A stretch of DNA of 33,377 bases, taken from positions 1 through 33,377 of the IMG/VR virus record IMGVR_UViG_3300020043_001113. One strand, 5' to 3'. Of the stretch, positions 1-6,876 are shown one piece after another. The notes below the pieces were generated by a model. The model ran no database searches. It saw nothing but the letters and a program-made list of their open reading frames with translations, and had not been told where the DNA came from. Source of the DNA: a virus. Taxonomy: Duplodnaviria > Caudoviricetes. Position 1 is the stretch's first letter. Each line of letters starts with the position of its first letter. A program made the position numbers and the translations under genes.

Positions 1-121
1 CAGCGATGCTTGTACTTGTTCTTTTTTCATTCTCTCTCGTTTTAATTTGTACAAATGTAAACTTTTTATTTCACTTCTGCAATGAATTTATCAAACCAAT
101 CAATAAATCCATCCACATCCC
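1..121. repeat. Direct terminal overlap, copy 1 (identical to 33257..33377); circular assembly of a 33,256-bp genome
   Basis: Bases 1-121 read identically to 33257-33377 (CAGCGATGCT...CCACATCCC), and genes run continuously across the junction. Confidence 0.95.
52..83 (-). promoter_or_regulatory. Bacteroidota-type housekeeping promoter upstream of the ERF gene (also at 33308..33339)
   Basis: The minus strand reads ATTG-N20-TACATTTG: an exact TAnnTTTG -7 element at 52-59 and a TTG -33 element, about 20 nt upstream of the ERF ATG at 30/33286. Confidence 0.7.
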
Positions 122-542
122 TGGCAATAATGTAGGTACCTCCTGCCTGTTCAATGCTTGCCTGGTATTGTTTCTGTGCATCTGACTGCCTATCCTTGCC
201 ATATTTGACCTCAATCTTTACGGATCTACCTGCAATTGTAGCTGAGATATCAGCACTACCCTTGGTACCTGTGGTAGGTATGTACTTACCTTTGCCAATG
301 GTGCGCTCTCTGCCATCAAAGTCAGTGTATTTCTTTGGCCCAACAAATCGCCCCATAGTGTTGATTCGCTCTGCTTGGTACCCATTCAGCTGAATGAATC
401 TGATAATTGTCTTTGTAAGCTCATTTGCTGAGGTCTCTTTGAACGCTGAATGGGCCAAGCAATGCAATGGCACGCTTGGATATTTACGCTGTAGTTCCTT
501 TGTTTCTAGTTCCTTTAGTCTTTGCCTTGTTTCTTTCTTCAT
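66..542 (-). CDS. VRR-NUC / PD-(D/E)XK nuclease (Holliday-junction-resolvase-like)
   Basis: GSADI...KIEVK.G.D.QS..QK......GG.Y motif typical of VRR-NUC proteins; lies downstream of the primase-helicase. Confidence 0.8.
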   Translation of the reverse strand: MKKETRQRLKELETKELQRKYPSVPLHCLAHSAFKETSANELTKTIIRFIQLNGYQAERINTMGRFVGPKKYTDFDGRERTIGKGKYIPTTGTKGSADISATIAGRSVKIEVKYGKDRQSDAQKQYQASIEQAGGTYIIARDVDGFIDWFDKFIAEVK

Positions 543-2766
543 CTTGTATTTGTTTTAGCATATTGTACACTGTCTTACGACTTACACCCAACACTTCGCT
601 GGCTGTTGTCTTGTTTAGGTCAGGATTCGCCTTGTACATTCCTTTGAGCATAGCATACTTATCCGTGCCTGCTGCCCTTCCTGCCTGCAATAATTCATTC
701 TTTTCCTTGACATCCTGTTTAACTAACTTGCTCATGTTGATGAAATACTCAGATAGCTTCTCAGCTTTTAGTACAGATTGCTTTGTAATGACCTGTGCTG
801 GTATTGTATTATCCTTATCCAATGCGCTCCATAGGCTGTTAATTAGCAATGCAAATCTTGGAATGTAGCTTTTTTGCTTTGGCAGCATTGATTTCATATA
901 CTCATTCTCATCATCTGAATTCTGCATATCTGTAATGCTGTCATGAATTCGTACCCATTCCTTATTAGCTTCGGTACCAAACACCACATTTAGAGGCTGT
1001 ATTTCGCCCTTGTCATTGAACTTTAAAAACAAGGATTGAATATCATACTTAAATTGCTGCACAAAACCTGTGTACCATTCAATCAATGCTTGATCTATGT
1101 TGTTGGCATTGTAATGATTGACCTGTAGTTCAGGATAGCTGATAAGGATCCTATCTACAAATCCGTTCTCCTTGTTTTCCCCTGTGGTAAATTCATCAAA
1201 TACCGATGGCTGTATACCACCCAATACCGGTATCATTGGCTTATCCACAAATGCACTCTTGGATGTCTTCCTGTTTAATGAGATAGATGTACCTGACCAG
1301 GAGGAAAGCCAAAACTCTAGATCAGAACCTTGCCTGTACTTGTTCATATCCTTAAACCATCCGGCTAATTCATCCTTAAATATGCCAACGCTGTTTGGAT
1401 TCTGCTCATGTAAATCAACCAATGCCTCCAGCGTAATATCACCCACAAGGAATTGTTTATTGATTGGCTTATCCACATGCTCAGCCATTGCCTTGTCCTT
1501 CTTATCCATTGCCTCGTAATCCCTCCACTTAGAGTATTGCCTAGCATATTCTTTCTGCTCTCGTATGTTTAGATCACGCAATGGGAATATCATTTGATTA
1601 ATAGATGGTGTTTTACCAATGCCTGGCTTACCAACTACAGCAATCCATAAGGATGCTACCTCATGCCATCCGGGCTTTACCTGTATTCTCATGCTGTTGC
1701 CTATGATTACCGACAGCAACCACATAAATGAACTGCCCATATAATCAATTGACAGGCCTAATGTGTTTGAACTCTCAATAATATAGCTTTGAATCTGATC
1801 CGGGAATATATCAATTGGAAATTGTGCCCTGGTGATTTTAGGCTCTTGTATCAATTGAGGCTTGGATATCTCAATCTTTGGCATTGATCGTGTTCCAAAA
1901 CCTTGCTCATACAGATCACGTGCTGCCTCAGTCATGTTACCACCATGGTATTTGTGCGCATAGATGGCAAAAGGTGACAGCAATTGTTCCGCTGGATACC
2001 TTGTGCCGGTGCTAAACAGGTACATACAGCCACTATCTTTGTACACATATCCGCTATGTGGTGAGCTGGCACCATGCCTGCGAATAATATAGGCATTGTT
2101 TGTGCGCCTGGTGATGTCAAATTCATCATTAATCAAATCCATTGCTGTGAATTGACTATTGTAATCTGCCCATGGACTAATACCATCGGTTTGAAATGAG
2201 CCACTTTTTGGCTCCTCTGTGGGCATATCTCCTGTGTAGTGGTACGTTCGGCTTATCTCCCATATTATCGTGCGCTCTTCAGGAGTTATGAATTGCATAT
2301 CATGGTATTTACGACTGCTTAGGTAATTATCGTACAATACAACCATGCCACCAATGCCTCTTGTCTCAATTATTGCCTCACTCTGACCCTTCAATGTGGC
2401 AATCTTTGTATTCCCTTCCACCTCATAACAGCGGTACAGGATATGAAAGCCTGCATTTTTTGTCTTGACAATAGTCACCTTAGACTCCAGGTCCTCAATA
2501 TTGTCCTTTAAAAATTGCAGGTATTCTGCCCACCATTCTTTCTGCTCCTTTAATCCAACAATGACCTTGAGATCCACATCAATACATTCCACATCATTGT
2601 AGCCACATACCAAACCAAACAATGGTGCATCCAATTGCTCCACCTCATCCGGTGTACGGTGTTCTTTTTGGTATTTTTTCCAGCCACCTTTGGGCTTCTT
2701 GTTTTCTTCCACAGGAATAATGGAAAATCCCTCACTTGCTAACTTCCTCAAATACGTTTTTTTCAT
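484..2766 (-). CDS. Primase-helicase: N-terminal Prim-Pol (AEP) domain, DUF3987/YfjI-like P-loop domain, C-terminal HTH
   Basis: AEP motifs CIDVD, TKNAGFHILY and IETRGIGG; Walker A GKPGIGKT; Walker B-like IFKDEL; GGIQP and GFVDRIL motifs; C-terminal HTH TTASEVLGVSRKTVYNML. Confidence 0.85.
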   Translation of the reverse strand: MKKTYLRKLASEGFSIIPVEENKKPKGGWKKYQKEHRTPDEVEQLDAPLFGLVCGYNDVECIDVDLKVIVGLKEQKEWWAEYLQFLKDNIEDLESKVTIVKTKNAGFHILYRCYEVEGNTKIATLKGQSEAIIETRGIGGMVVLYDNYLSSRKYHDMQFITPEERTIIWEISRTYHYTGDMPTEEPKSGSFQTDGISPWADYNSQFTAMDLINDEFDITRRTNNAYIIRRHGASSPHSGYVYKDSGCMYLFSTGTRYPAEQLLSPFAIYAHKYHGGNMTEAARDLYEQGFGTRSMPKIEISKPQLIQEPKITRAQFPIDIFPDQIQSYIIESSNTLGLSIDYMGSSFMWLLSVIIGNSMRIQVKPGWHEVASLWIAVVGKPGIGKTPSINQMIFPLRDLNIREQKEYARQYSKWRDYEAMDKKDKAMAEHVDKPINKQFLVGDITLEALVDLHEQNPNSVGIFKDELAGWFKDMNKYRQGSDLEFWLSSWSGTSISLNRKTSKSAFVDKPMIPVLGGIQPSVFDEFTTGENKENGFVDRILISYPELQVNHYNANNIDQALIEWYTGFVQQFKYDIQSLFLKFNDKGEIQPLNVVFGTEANKEWVRIHDSITDMQNSDDENEYMKSMLPKQKSYIPRFALLINSLWSALDKDNTIPAQVITKQSVLKAEKLSEYFINMSKLVKQDVKEKNELLQAGRAAGTDKYAMLKGMYKANPDLNKTTASEVLGVSRKTVYNMLKQIQDEERNKAKTKGTRNKGTTA

Positions 2767-2792
2767 CTCGTTTTTATTAACATTTGGTTGCT

Positions 2793-3015
2793 TTATTCAC
2801 ACTACACTCAAAATAGTGTGTAAAATTACACACTTTTTACACACCGTTACACACTCATTTTACACACTAACATATCAGTGTTTACTAGGGTTACAGAGCA
2901 AAAGTGTGTAATTACACAGTGTGTAACGCCAAAAAATAAATTTTTCAAAAATAATCAGATTTTTTTTTTCTGAATTAGGAGGTGTGTAGTGTGTAATTAC
3001 ACACCATTTACACAC
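2793..3015. repeat. Putative replication origin: 10 exact TTACACAC iterons in both orientations, in two clusters flanking an AT-rich core
   Basis: TTACACAC starts at 2826, 2837, 2847, 2860, 2997 and 3008; GTGTGTAA starts at 2816, 2904, 2919 and 2989; variants at 2891, 2912 and 2982. An A/T tract spans 2931-2970. The region is directly upstream of the primase-helicase. Confidence 0.8.
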
Positions 3016-3425
3016 TCTAATAAGCCCATAAATTGATTTAAATCCATCTCCTCAATGCTATCATATTGCTCCCGGTCAATTGGCAGATTGAGATACATTA
3101 TTGCGGTGCCTTGGACATAGTCAATCTTGCGCAATGCAAATATGCTCTCCTCCTCCAAGATGCTTACTAAATCAGCTTTGATGTGTTTGATGTATTCAAA
3201 ATATACTGCATCTTTCATGTGTTCAAACATCTTAGCCATCTTGATTCCATGCATAACCGTTGCATGATCTTTACCAAACAGCCTACCAATCTGCTCTAGT
3301 ATCATGTATTTCCTCAATTCTTTGTAAATATAGTACCGCTGGTAAACCAACTCTCTGGTGCGCTTCGGTGTTTTCAATCCGTACCTGTCAATCAGCTTGA
3401 CAATGTCATTCATCTTGTGTATCAT
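2997..3425 (-). CDS. DnaA domain IV-like (Bac_DnaA_C-type HTH) DNA-binding protein
   Basis: LEQIGRLFGKDHATVMHGIK matches the DnaA C-terminal signature (L..IG..FG.RDHTTV.HA); KRTRELVYQR resembles the preceding basic loop. There is no AAA+ domain. Confidence 0.75.
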   Translation of the reverse strand: MIHKMNDIVKLIDRYGLKTPKRTRELVYQRYYIYKELRKYMILEQIGRLFGKDHATVMHGIKMAKMFEHMKDAVYFEYIKHIKADLVSILEEESIFALRKIDYVQGTAIMYLNLPIDREQYDSIEEMDLNQFMGLLECVNGV

Positions 3426-3439
3426 ATCTCCTCAATTTT
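3422..3439. repeat. 18-bp direct repeat flanking the HNH-AP2 gene, copy 1 (TCATATCTCCTCAATTTT)
   Basis: Identical 18-mer at 3880..3897. Confidence 0.9.
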
Positions 3440-3883
3440 ATGGTATTTTTCTTTTGCTTCTAAATATGCAGCGCGTGCTTCTTGCTCTGTGCTGTAAAGA
3501 CCTAAATAAATGCGTTTTGTATTAAGGTAAATTTGCGCGTGATATTTTTTATTTGTTTTATGAAAATAATAACCTTTAGCAGTATTCCTATTCCATTGAT
3601 TTTGTTGCCTTGTCACAGGTCTTAAATTGCATAATCTATTATCAATGCGTACACCATTAATATGATCTATTTCTTCGGGACAATAACCATATACAAAATA
3701 AAAAGCGAATTGATGCGCTCTTATTTGAAAAGTTTTTTTGTTTATTTTAACCCCAAAAATAACATATCCATTAGATGTTTTTGCTTGTAATTTATTACCA
3801 AATTTATTTTTAATCAATCCTGTTTCCGAATCATATGTATATCCTTTTTCTATGGCTAATTTGCATCTTTCCTCTCTTGTCAT
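3422..3883 (-). CDS. HNH homing endonuclease with C-terminal AP2-like domain
   Basis: RAHQFAF...EIDHINGVRIDNRLCNLR (HNH) and KYHAQI...RIYLGLYSTEQEARAAY (AP2); visibly AT-rich. Confidence 0.9.
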   Translation of the reverse strand: MTREERCKLAIEKGYTYDSETGLIKNKFGNKLQAKTSNGYVIFGVKINKKTFQIRAHQFAFYFVYGYCPEEIDHINGVRIDNRLCNLRPVTRQQNQWNRNTAKGYYFHKTNKKYHAQIYLNTKRIYLGLYSTEQEARAAYLEAKEKYHKIEEI

Positions 3884-3897
3884 ATCTCCTCAATTTT
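3880..3897. repeat. 18-bp direct repeat flanking the HNH-AP2 gene, copy 2
   Basis: Identical 18-mer at 3422..3439. Confidence 0.9.
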
Positions 3898-4026
3898 TAA
3901 AATTAACCCCGGCCACATTGGAAATTTATCCCTGACATGGCTGCTGTCGTATCCAAACATGACCATGTATCCAAGCTGCCATTCCTTTGGGCCCTTAAAT
4001 TTGTAAGTCACTCTCCACTGTTTCAT
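3880..4026 (-). CDS. Small hypothetical protein, 48 aa (MKQWRVTYKFKG...LKIEEI); not in the ORF track
   Basis: Translated by hand. It fills the gap exactly, with a TAATG overlap upstream and an ATGA overlap with the HNH gene. Confidence 0.7.
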   Translation of the reverse strand: MKQWRVTYKFKGPKEWQLGYMVMFGYDSSHVRDKFPMWPGLILKIEEI

Positions 4027-4223
4027 TACTCTGCTTTAAAGGTTTTAATATAATACTCATATGATAAAACAATTTTATTCTCAATACCACTATTATATCC
4101 ACTACTATGTGCCCTCATTATCTGCTCCTTCTCCATTGCTTTGGCTTGATTCATTGCATCAATAGTTAAAGGGAAATTACTTTCATATTGCTCAATCAAC
4201 CACTCTACTGCTGTCTTTTTCAT
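4026..4223 (-). CDS. Hypothetical protein, KTAVEWL...AKAMEKEQI family
   Basis: Coupled to both neighbours; the motif is familiar from uncharacterised Bacteroidota phage proteins. Confidence 0.7.
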   Translation of the reverse strand: MKKTAVEWLIEQYESNFPLTIDAMNQAKAMEKEQIMRAHSSGYNSGIENKIVLSYEYYIKTFKAE

Positions 4224-4459
4224 TCCTCTCCGCTTAAAAATTTTTCAATATCCATATCCCTATCCATATAGGTAAGCAAATTTACCGCTCTTAATTCATC
4301 TAATGCCAACAGCTTGGCAACTTCAATATCTTTAAAAGTTAATTTAAGCCATACCACATCTGTACCTGTTTCACCTTGCGCCTCTTGCGCCTGACCAATA
4401 AGCCAATCAATAGCTGTTTGTTTTCCCTTAAATAATGAAAGGCTCTTTTTAAAATTCAT
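4220..4459 (-). CDS. Hypothetical protein, paralog of the downstream gene (KQTAIDWL); start revised from 4612 to 4459
   Basis: The ATG at 4459 overlaps the TGA of the upstream membrane peptide (ATGA). Confidence 0.6.
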   Translation of the reverse strand: MNFKKSLSLFKGKQTAIDWLIGQAQEAQGETGTDVVWLKLTFKDIEVAKLLALDELRAVNLLTYMDRDMDIEKFLSGEE

Positions 4460-4602
4460 TTTCGTTTGCTTAAATAGTGAATACCAAAAGCCACAGCTGG
4501 CAAAATCAGAAACGCCCACCAGCCAATCCATAACAATACCGCCCACCAAATCAAGATGCAGGCAATTGTTAATGCTATCCAAATCGTTGCTAAATATTTC
4601 AT
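4456..4602 (-). CDS. Small Trp-rich membrane protein, 48 aa; not in the ORF track
   Basis: MKYLATIWIALTIACILIWWAVLLWIGWWAFLILPAVAFGIHYLSKRK; ATGA-coupled at both ends; long hydrophobic stretch with a basic tail. Confidence 0.7.
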   Translation of the reverse strand: MKYLATIWIALTIACILIWWAVLLWIGWWAFLILPAVAFGIHYLSKRK

Positions 4603-4766
4603 TCCTCCTCATTTAAAAGTACATCAATCACCTCCATGCAATGAGCCAAACGCTCCTTTAATAAATCAATGATGAAGTATTCCGGATGCAACCGATCCTT
4701 GTATGCATGCTCCATCTCCTTCAACCATGCATTAATATCACGCATGTGTTCTGCCTTATCTGCCAT
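4599..4766 (-). CDS. Small acidic hypothetical protein, 55 aa (MADKAEHMRD...LLNEEE); not in the ORF track
   Basis: Translated by hand; tiles the gap and has an ATGA overlap with the next gene. Confidence 0.65.
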   Translation of the reverse strand: MADKAEHMRDINAWLKEMEHAYKDRLHPEYFIIDLLKERLAHCMEVIDVLLNEEE

Positions 4767-4896
4767 ATTGCTCCAATTTAATTCTACAAATTCTCATGTA
4801 ATGATCCAAATTAAAGGATCCACCTCTGTCAAAACTTACACTTTGATCACGCCACCACTTGACTCTCATCACCAAAGGTATTGCAGTGTGCTGCAT
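4756..4896 (-). CDS. Small hypothetical protein, 46 aa (MQHTAIPLVM...); start revised from 5022
   Basis: The ATG at 4896 lies 1 nt after the stop of the Zn-finger gene, which avoids a 125-nt overlap. Confidence 0.55.
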   Translation of the reverse strand: MQHTAIPLVMRVKWWRDQSVSFDRGGSFNLDHYMRICRIKLEQYGR

Positions 4897-4897
4897 C

Positions 4898-5080
4898 TCA
4901 GCACTCTTCTGCTTCCTCTTCTTGCTTTTCCCAATAGAAACCATCGCCATCACATATTTTACATTCAACATCTTTAACACATCCACCACAACATGCGGAT
5001 GCTGGTAGGCTGCAACTGCCAATTATTTCAATCCATCCTGTGCCATTGCACTCCTCACAGGTAACCTCTATTTCGTACAT
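4898..5080 (-). CDS. DnaJ-type CxxCxGxG zinc-finger mini-protein
   Basis: CEECNGTG and CKICDGDG motifs enclosing an extra Cys cluster (CSLPASACCGGC); acidic tail. Confidence 0.7.
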   Translation of the reverse strand: MYEIEVTCEECNGTGWIEIIGSCSLPASACCGGCVKDVECKICDGDGFYWEKQEEEAEEC

Positions 5081-5304
5081 AATTCCTCAATGTTTTTCAT
5101 GATTAACCCATAGCTGCGCAGCGTCACCTTGTAATTTGACTTGGCCCCATCAATCTCTTGTTCAATTCTGTACCGCTCCTCAACGGTCATGGCTTTCTCG
5201 TAATAACTTTCAAGGCTTTTAATCTCCTCATAGTTCTTCATCACTAACTCCCACATGTCATTAGATGCGGCCTGTAGCTTCTTAATCAAATCAACTGTGT
5301 TCAT
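5068..5304 (-). CDS. Hypothetical helical/coiled-coil protein
   Basis: 78-aa ORF coupled to both neighbours. Confidence 0.65.
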   Translation of the reverse strand: MNTVDLIKKLQAASNDMWELVMKNYEEIKSLESYYEKAMTVEERYRIEQEIDGAKSNYKVTLRSYGLIMKNIEELCTK

Positions 5305-5390
5305 AGGTAGGTCTCAATTAAACCGATCAACACTGAAATGACAAAACCCATCCCAAGGGCTTTCAATAATAGTTTTGTGAACTCATCCAT
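5301..5390 (-). CDS. 29-aa single-pass membrane peptide, first gene of the early cassette; not in the ORF track
   Basis: MDEFTKLLLKALGMGFVISVLIGLIETYL; ATGA overlap with the gene starting at 5304; A-rich leader. Confidence 0.55.
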   Translation of the reverse strand: MDEFTKLLLKALGMGFVISVLIGLIETYL

Positions 5391-5417
5391 ATCACTCTTT
5401 TTTAAATTAGACATGTG

Positions 5418-5448
5418 CAATGATAGTATTTTTTTTCATTACTGCAAA
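5418..5448 (-). promoter_or_regulatory. Bacteroidota-type early promoter
   Basis: The minus strand reads TTTG-N19-TATCATTG, one mismatch from TTTG-N19/21-TAnnTTTG, between the lysis terminator and the first early gene. Confidence 0.6.
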
Positions 5449-5489
5449 ACTTTATTATTTTTTTTCAACATTTTTACACATGAACGCAT

Positions 5490-5518
5490 AAAAAAACCAG
5501 CCCAAAGGCTGGCTTTTT
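5490..5518 (-). terminator. Intrinsic terminator after the lysis/late operon (possibly bidirectional)
   Basis: Minus-strand CCAGCC-TTTG-GGCTGG stem-loop followed by T7; T5 on the other side. Confidence 0.85.
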
Positions 5519-5548
5519 CGAGTGAATGAAAATACTAATTGAGGAAAA

Positions 5549-5770
5549 TTAGCGTCTTCTGACAATTCTGCCCAATAATTTGAACACCTTGCCTAATATA
5601 CCGGACGCATCATTGACTGAGATGTTCAGACCGCTCTCTGATTTCTCCAATAACACATCCAATTTTTCTGAATCTAATTCAATGGTGACCTTGCCATCCT
5701 TACGTGTGACATTTACATCTACCTTCTTGCCATCAATGTGCAAGTTCAAATCTTTCTTTGGCTTTCTCAT
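5549..5770 (-). CDS. Hypothetical lysis-cassette protein with a cationic amphipathic C-terminal helix
   Basis: ATGA-coupled to the putative endolysin; C-terminus GILGKVFKLLGRIVRRR. Confidence 0.6.
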   Translation of the reverse strand: MRKPKKDLNLHIDGKKVDVNVTRKDGKVTIELDSEKLDVLLEKSESGLNISVNDASGILGKVFKLLGRIVRRR

Positions 5771-6354
5771 GCTGGAAATTCATTTAGTAAACAATAGGAT
5801 ACCACTTTCTGATTTGATTTGAACCATGCCATTAGGTCCCTGTATTTGTTTATGCTATTCACAACCTGACATCCTGCGCTCCATCCGTTGATATCGTCAC
5901 CTGTCACCGTTGCATTTATGTTGTGTGTGTTCGGATGGAAGTTGATGCCGTACCATCCTGGTCTTTCGGGACCAATCTCCTCAGACTTGTTGTCCTTGTC
6001 TCCATCTCTGAACACAATCACCTTGCCACCACGCTGTAATAATCCAGCCACCTTATTCCTATGTAGCCCATAGTGCCAAATATTATAGTACCATTGATCA
6101 GCTTTTAGAATCGCTGCACCATCCTTGTTGAATGAAGAGTAATTTCTTAATATGGTCACACCCGGATTAGTAGTGCCTGACATCACCATCACAAACTTAT
6201 CCTTATCAAACACATAGAACTTGTCATCAAACTTATTCGGCACATCCTCATTTGAACGCACACCAAGTATCCATCTTCCCTCAGGATATCCCTGAAATGA
6301 TGGCAATATGGCTACCTTATCCAGCAGCTCCTTATCAGTGTATGCTTGTACCAT
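5767..6354 (-). CDS. Putative endolysin with an L,D-transpeptidase (YkuD)-like His/Cys catalytic motif
   Basis: GINFH...GWSAGCQV resembles the H..SxGC motif; lies after two membrane-protein genes at the end of the late operon. Confidence 0.55.
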   Translation of the reverse strand: MVQAYTDKELLDKVAILPSFQGYPEGRWILGVRSNEDVPNKFDDKFYVFDKDKFVMVMSGTTNPGVTILRNYSSFNKDGAAILKADQWYYNIWHYGLHRNKVAGLLQRGGKVIVFRDGDKDNKSEEIGPERPGWYGINFHPNTHNINATVTGDDINGWSAGCQVVNSINKYRDLMAWFKSNQKVVSYCLLNEFPA

Positions 6355-6604
6355 TGGTATCCGCTTTAATTACCTTGTAAATATAACGTAATTTTGGTTT
6401 AATATGCTCAAGGCTATCCACTTTCTCATTGATGCTATCAACAGCATGCTGATTAAATTCCTTTAAATCTTCCAAATATTGCTCTGCCTGGACAGTGATT
6501 TCATCCTTTGGTGCCTTCACATGCTCATGCTTAGGTACCGGTGCAAATATTAACGCAACTGCACCAACAATTGTGGTGATCAATAAGGCTTTATTCTCCA
6601 TCAT
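6335..6604 (-). CDS. Membrane-anchored coiled-coil protein (spanin/holin-like)
   Basis: N-terminal hydrophobic helix ALLITTIVGAVALIFA followed by a charged helical region; lysis context. Confidence 0.45.
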   Translation of the reverse strand: MMENKALLITTIVGAVALIFAPVPKHEHVKAPKDEITVQAEQYLEDLKEFNQHAVDSINEKVDSLEHIKPKLRYIYKVIKADTNGTSIH

Positions 6605-6843
6605 TTTAAGCGATCTTTAAGTTGTTCCTGGAATACTATCTCCTGCAATAGTTGTTTGTCTCTCACACGCTCTTGGTCACACTCATTAACCTGCTTTTTA
6701 AGGCTTGTGATTTCACTATCTTTAGATGTGATCAATACCCTACCCAAATAAATCAAGCCAACTAATAATACGAAAAACATGTAAGTGAATGGTGACCTCA
6801 TAAAGGTCCTAAAGTTTAGCTTAAAAATAGGTTCTTGCGCCAT
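6601..6843 (-). CDS. Putative holin-like membrane protein
   Basis: One TM segment (FTYMFFVLLVGLIYLG) plus a coiled-coil tail; first gene of the lysis cassette. Confidence 0.45.
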   Translation of the reverse strand: MAQEPIFKLNFRTFMRSPFTYMFFVLLVGLIYLGRVLITSKDSEITSLKKQVNECDQERVRDKQLLQEIVFQEQLKDRLK

Positions 6844-6876
6844 GTACGTGTTTATACGTATATATGCTAACCTGTT

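Noticed and set aside
1-121. 121-bp repeat as a biological direct terminal repeat
   Set aside because: It cuts through coding sequence, and its odd k-mer-like length fits assembler overlap on a circular contig. True termini cannot be inferred from it.
2793-3015. Repeat cluster as a CRISPR array
   Set aside because: The repeats are 8 bp, in both orientations, with irregular short spacing, and there are no cas genes.
3046-3056. Third partial copy (ATCTCCTCAAT) of the HNH-flanking repeat
   Set aside because: Only 11 bp and inside coding sequence (IEE codons); compatible with chance.
4460-4612. N-terminal extension of ORF 4220..4612
   Set aside because: Better explained by a coupled 48-aa membrane ORF in another frame and a start at 4459.
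4897-5022. N-terminal extension of ORF 4756..5022
   Set aside because: It overlaps the zinc-finger gene; the ATG at 4896 tiles cleanly.
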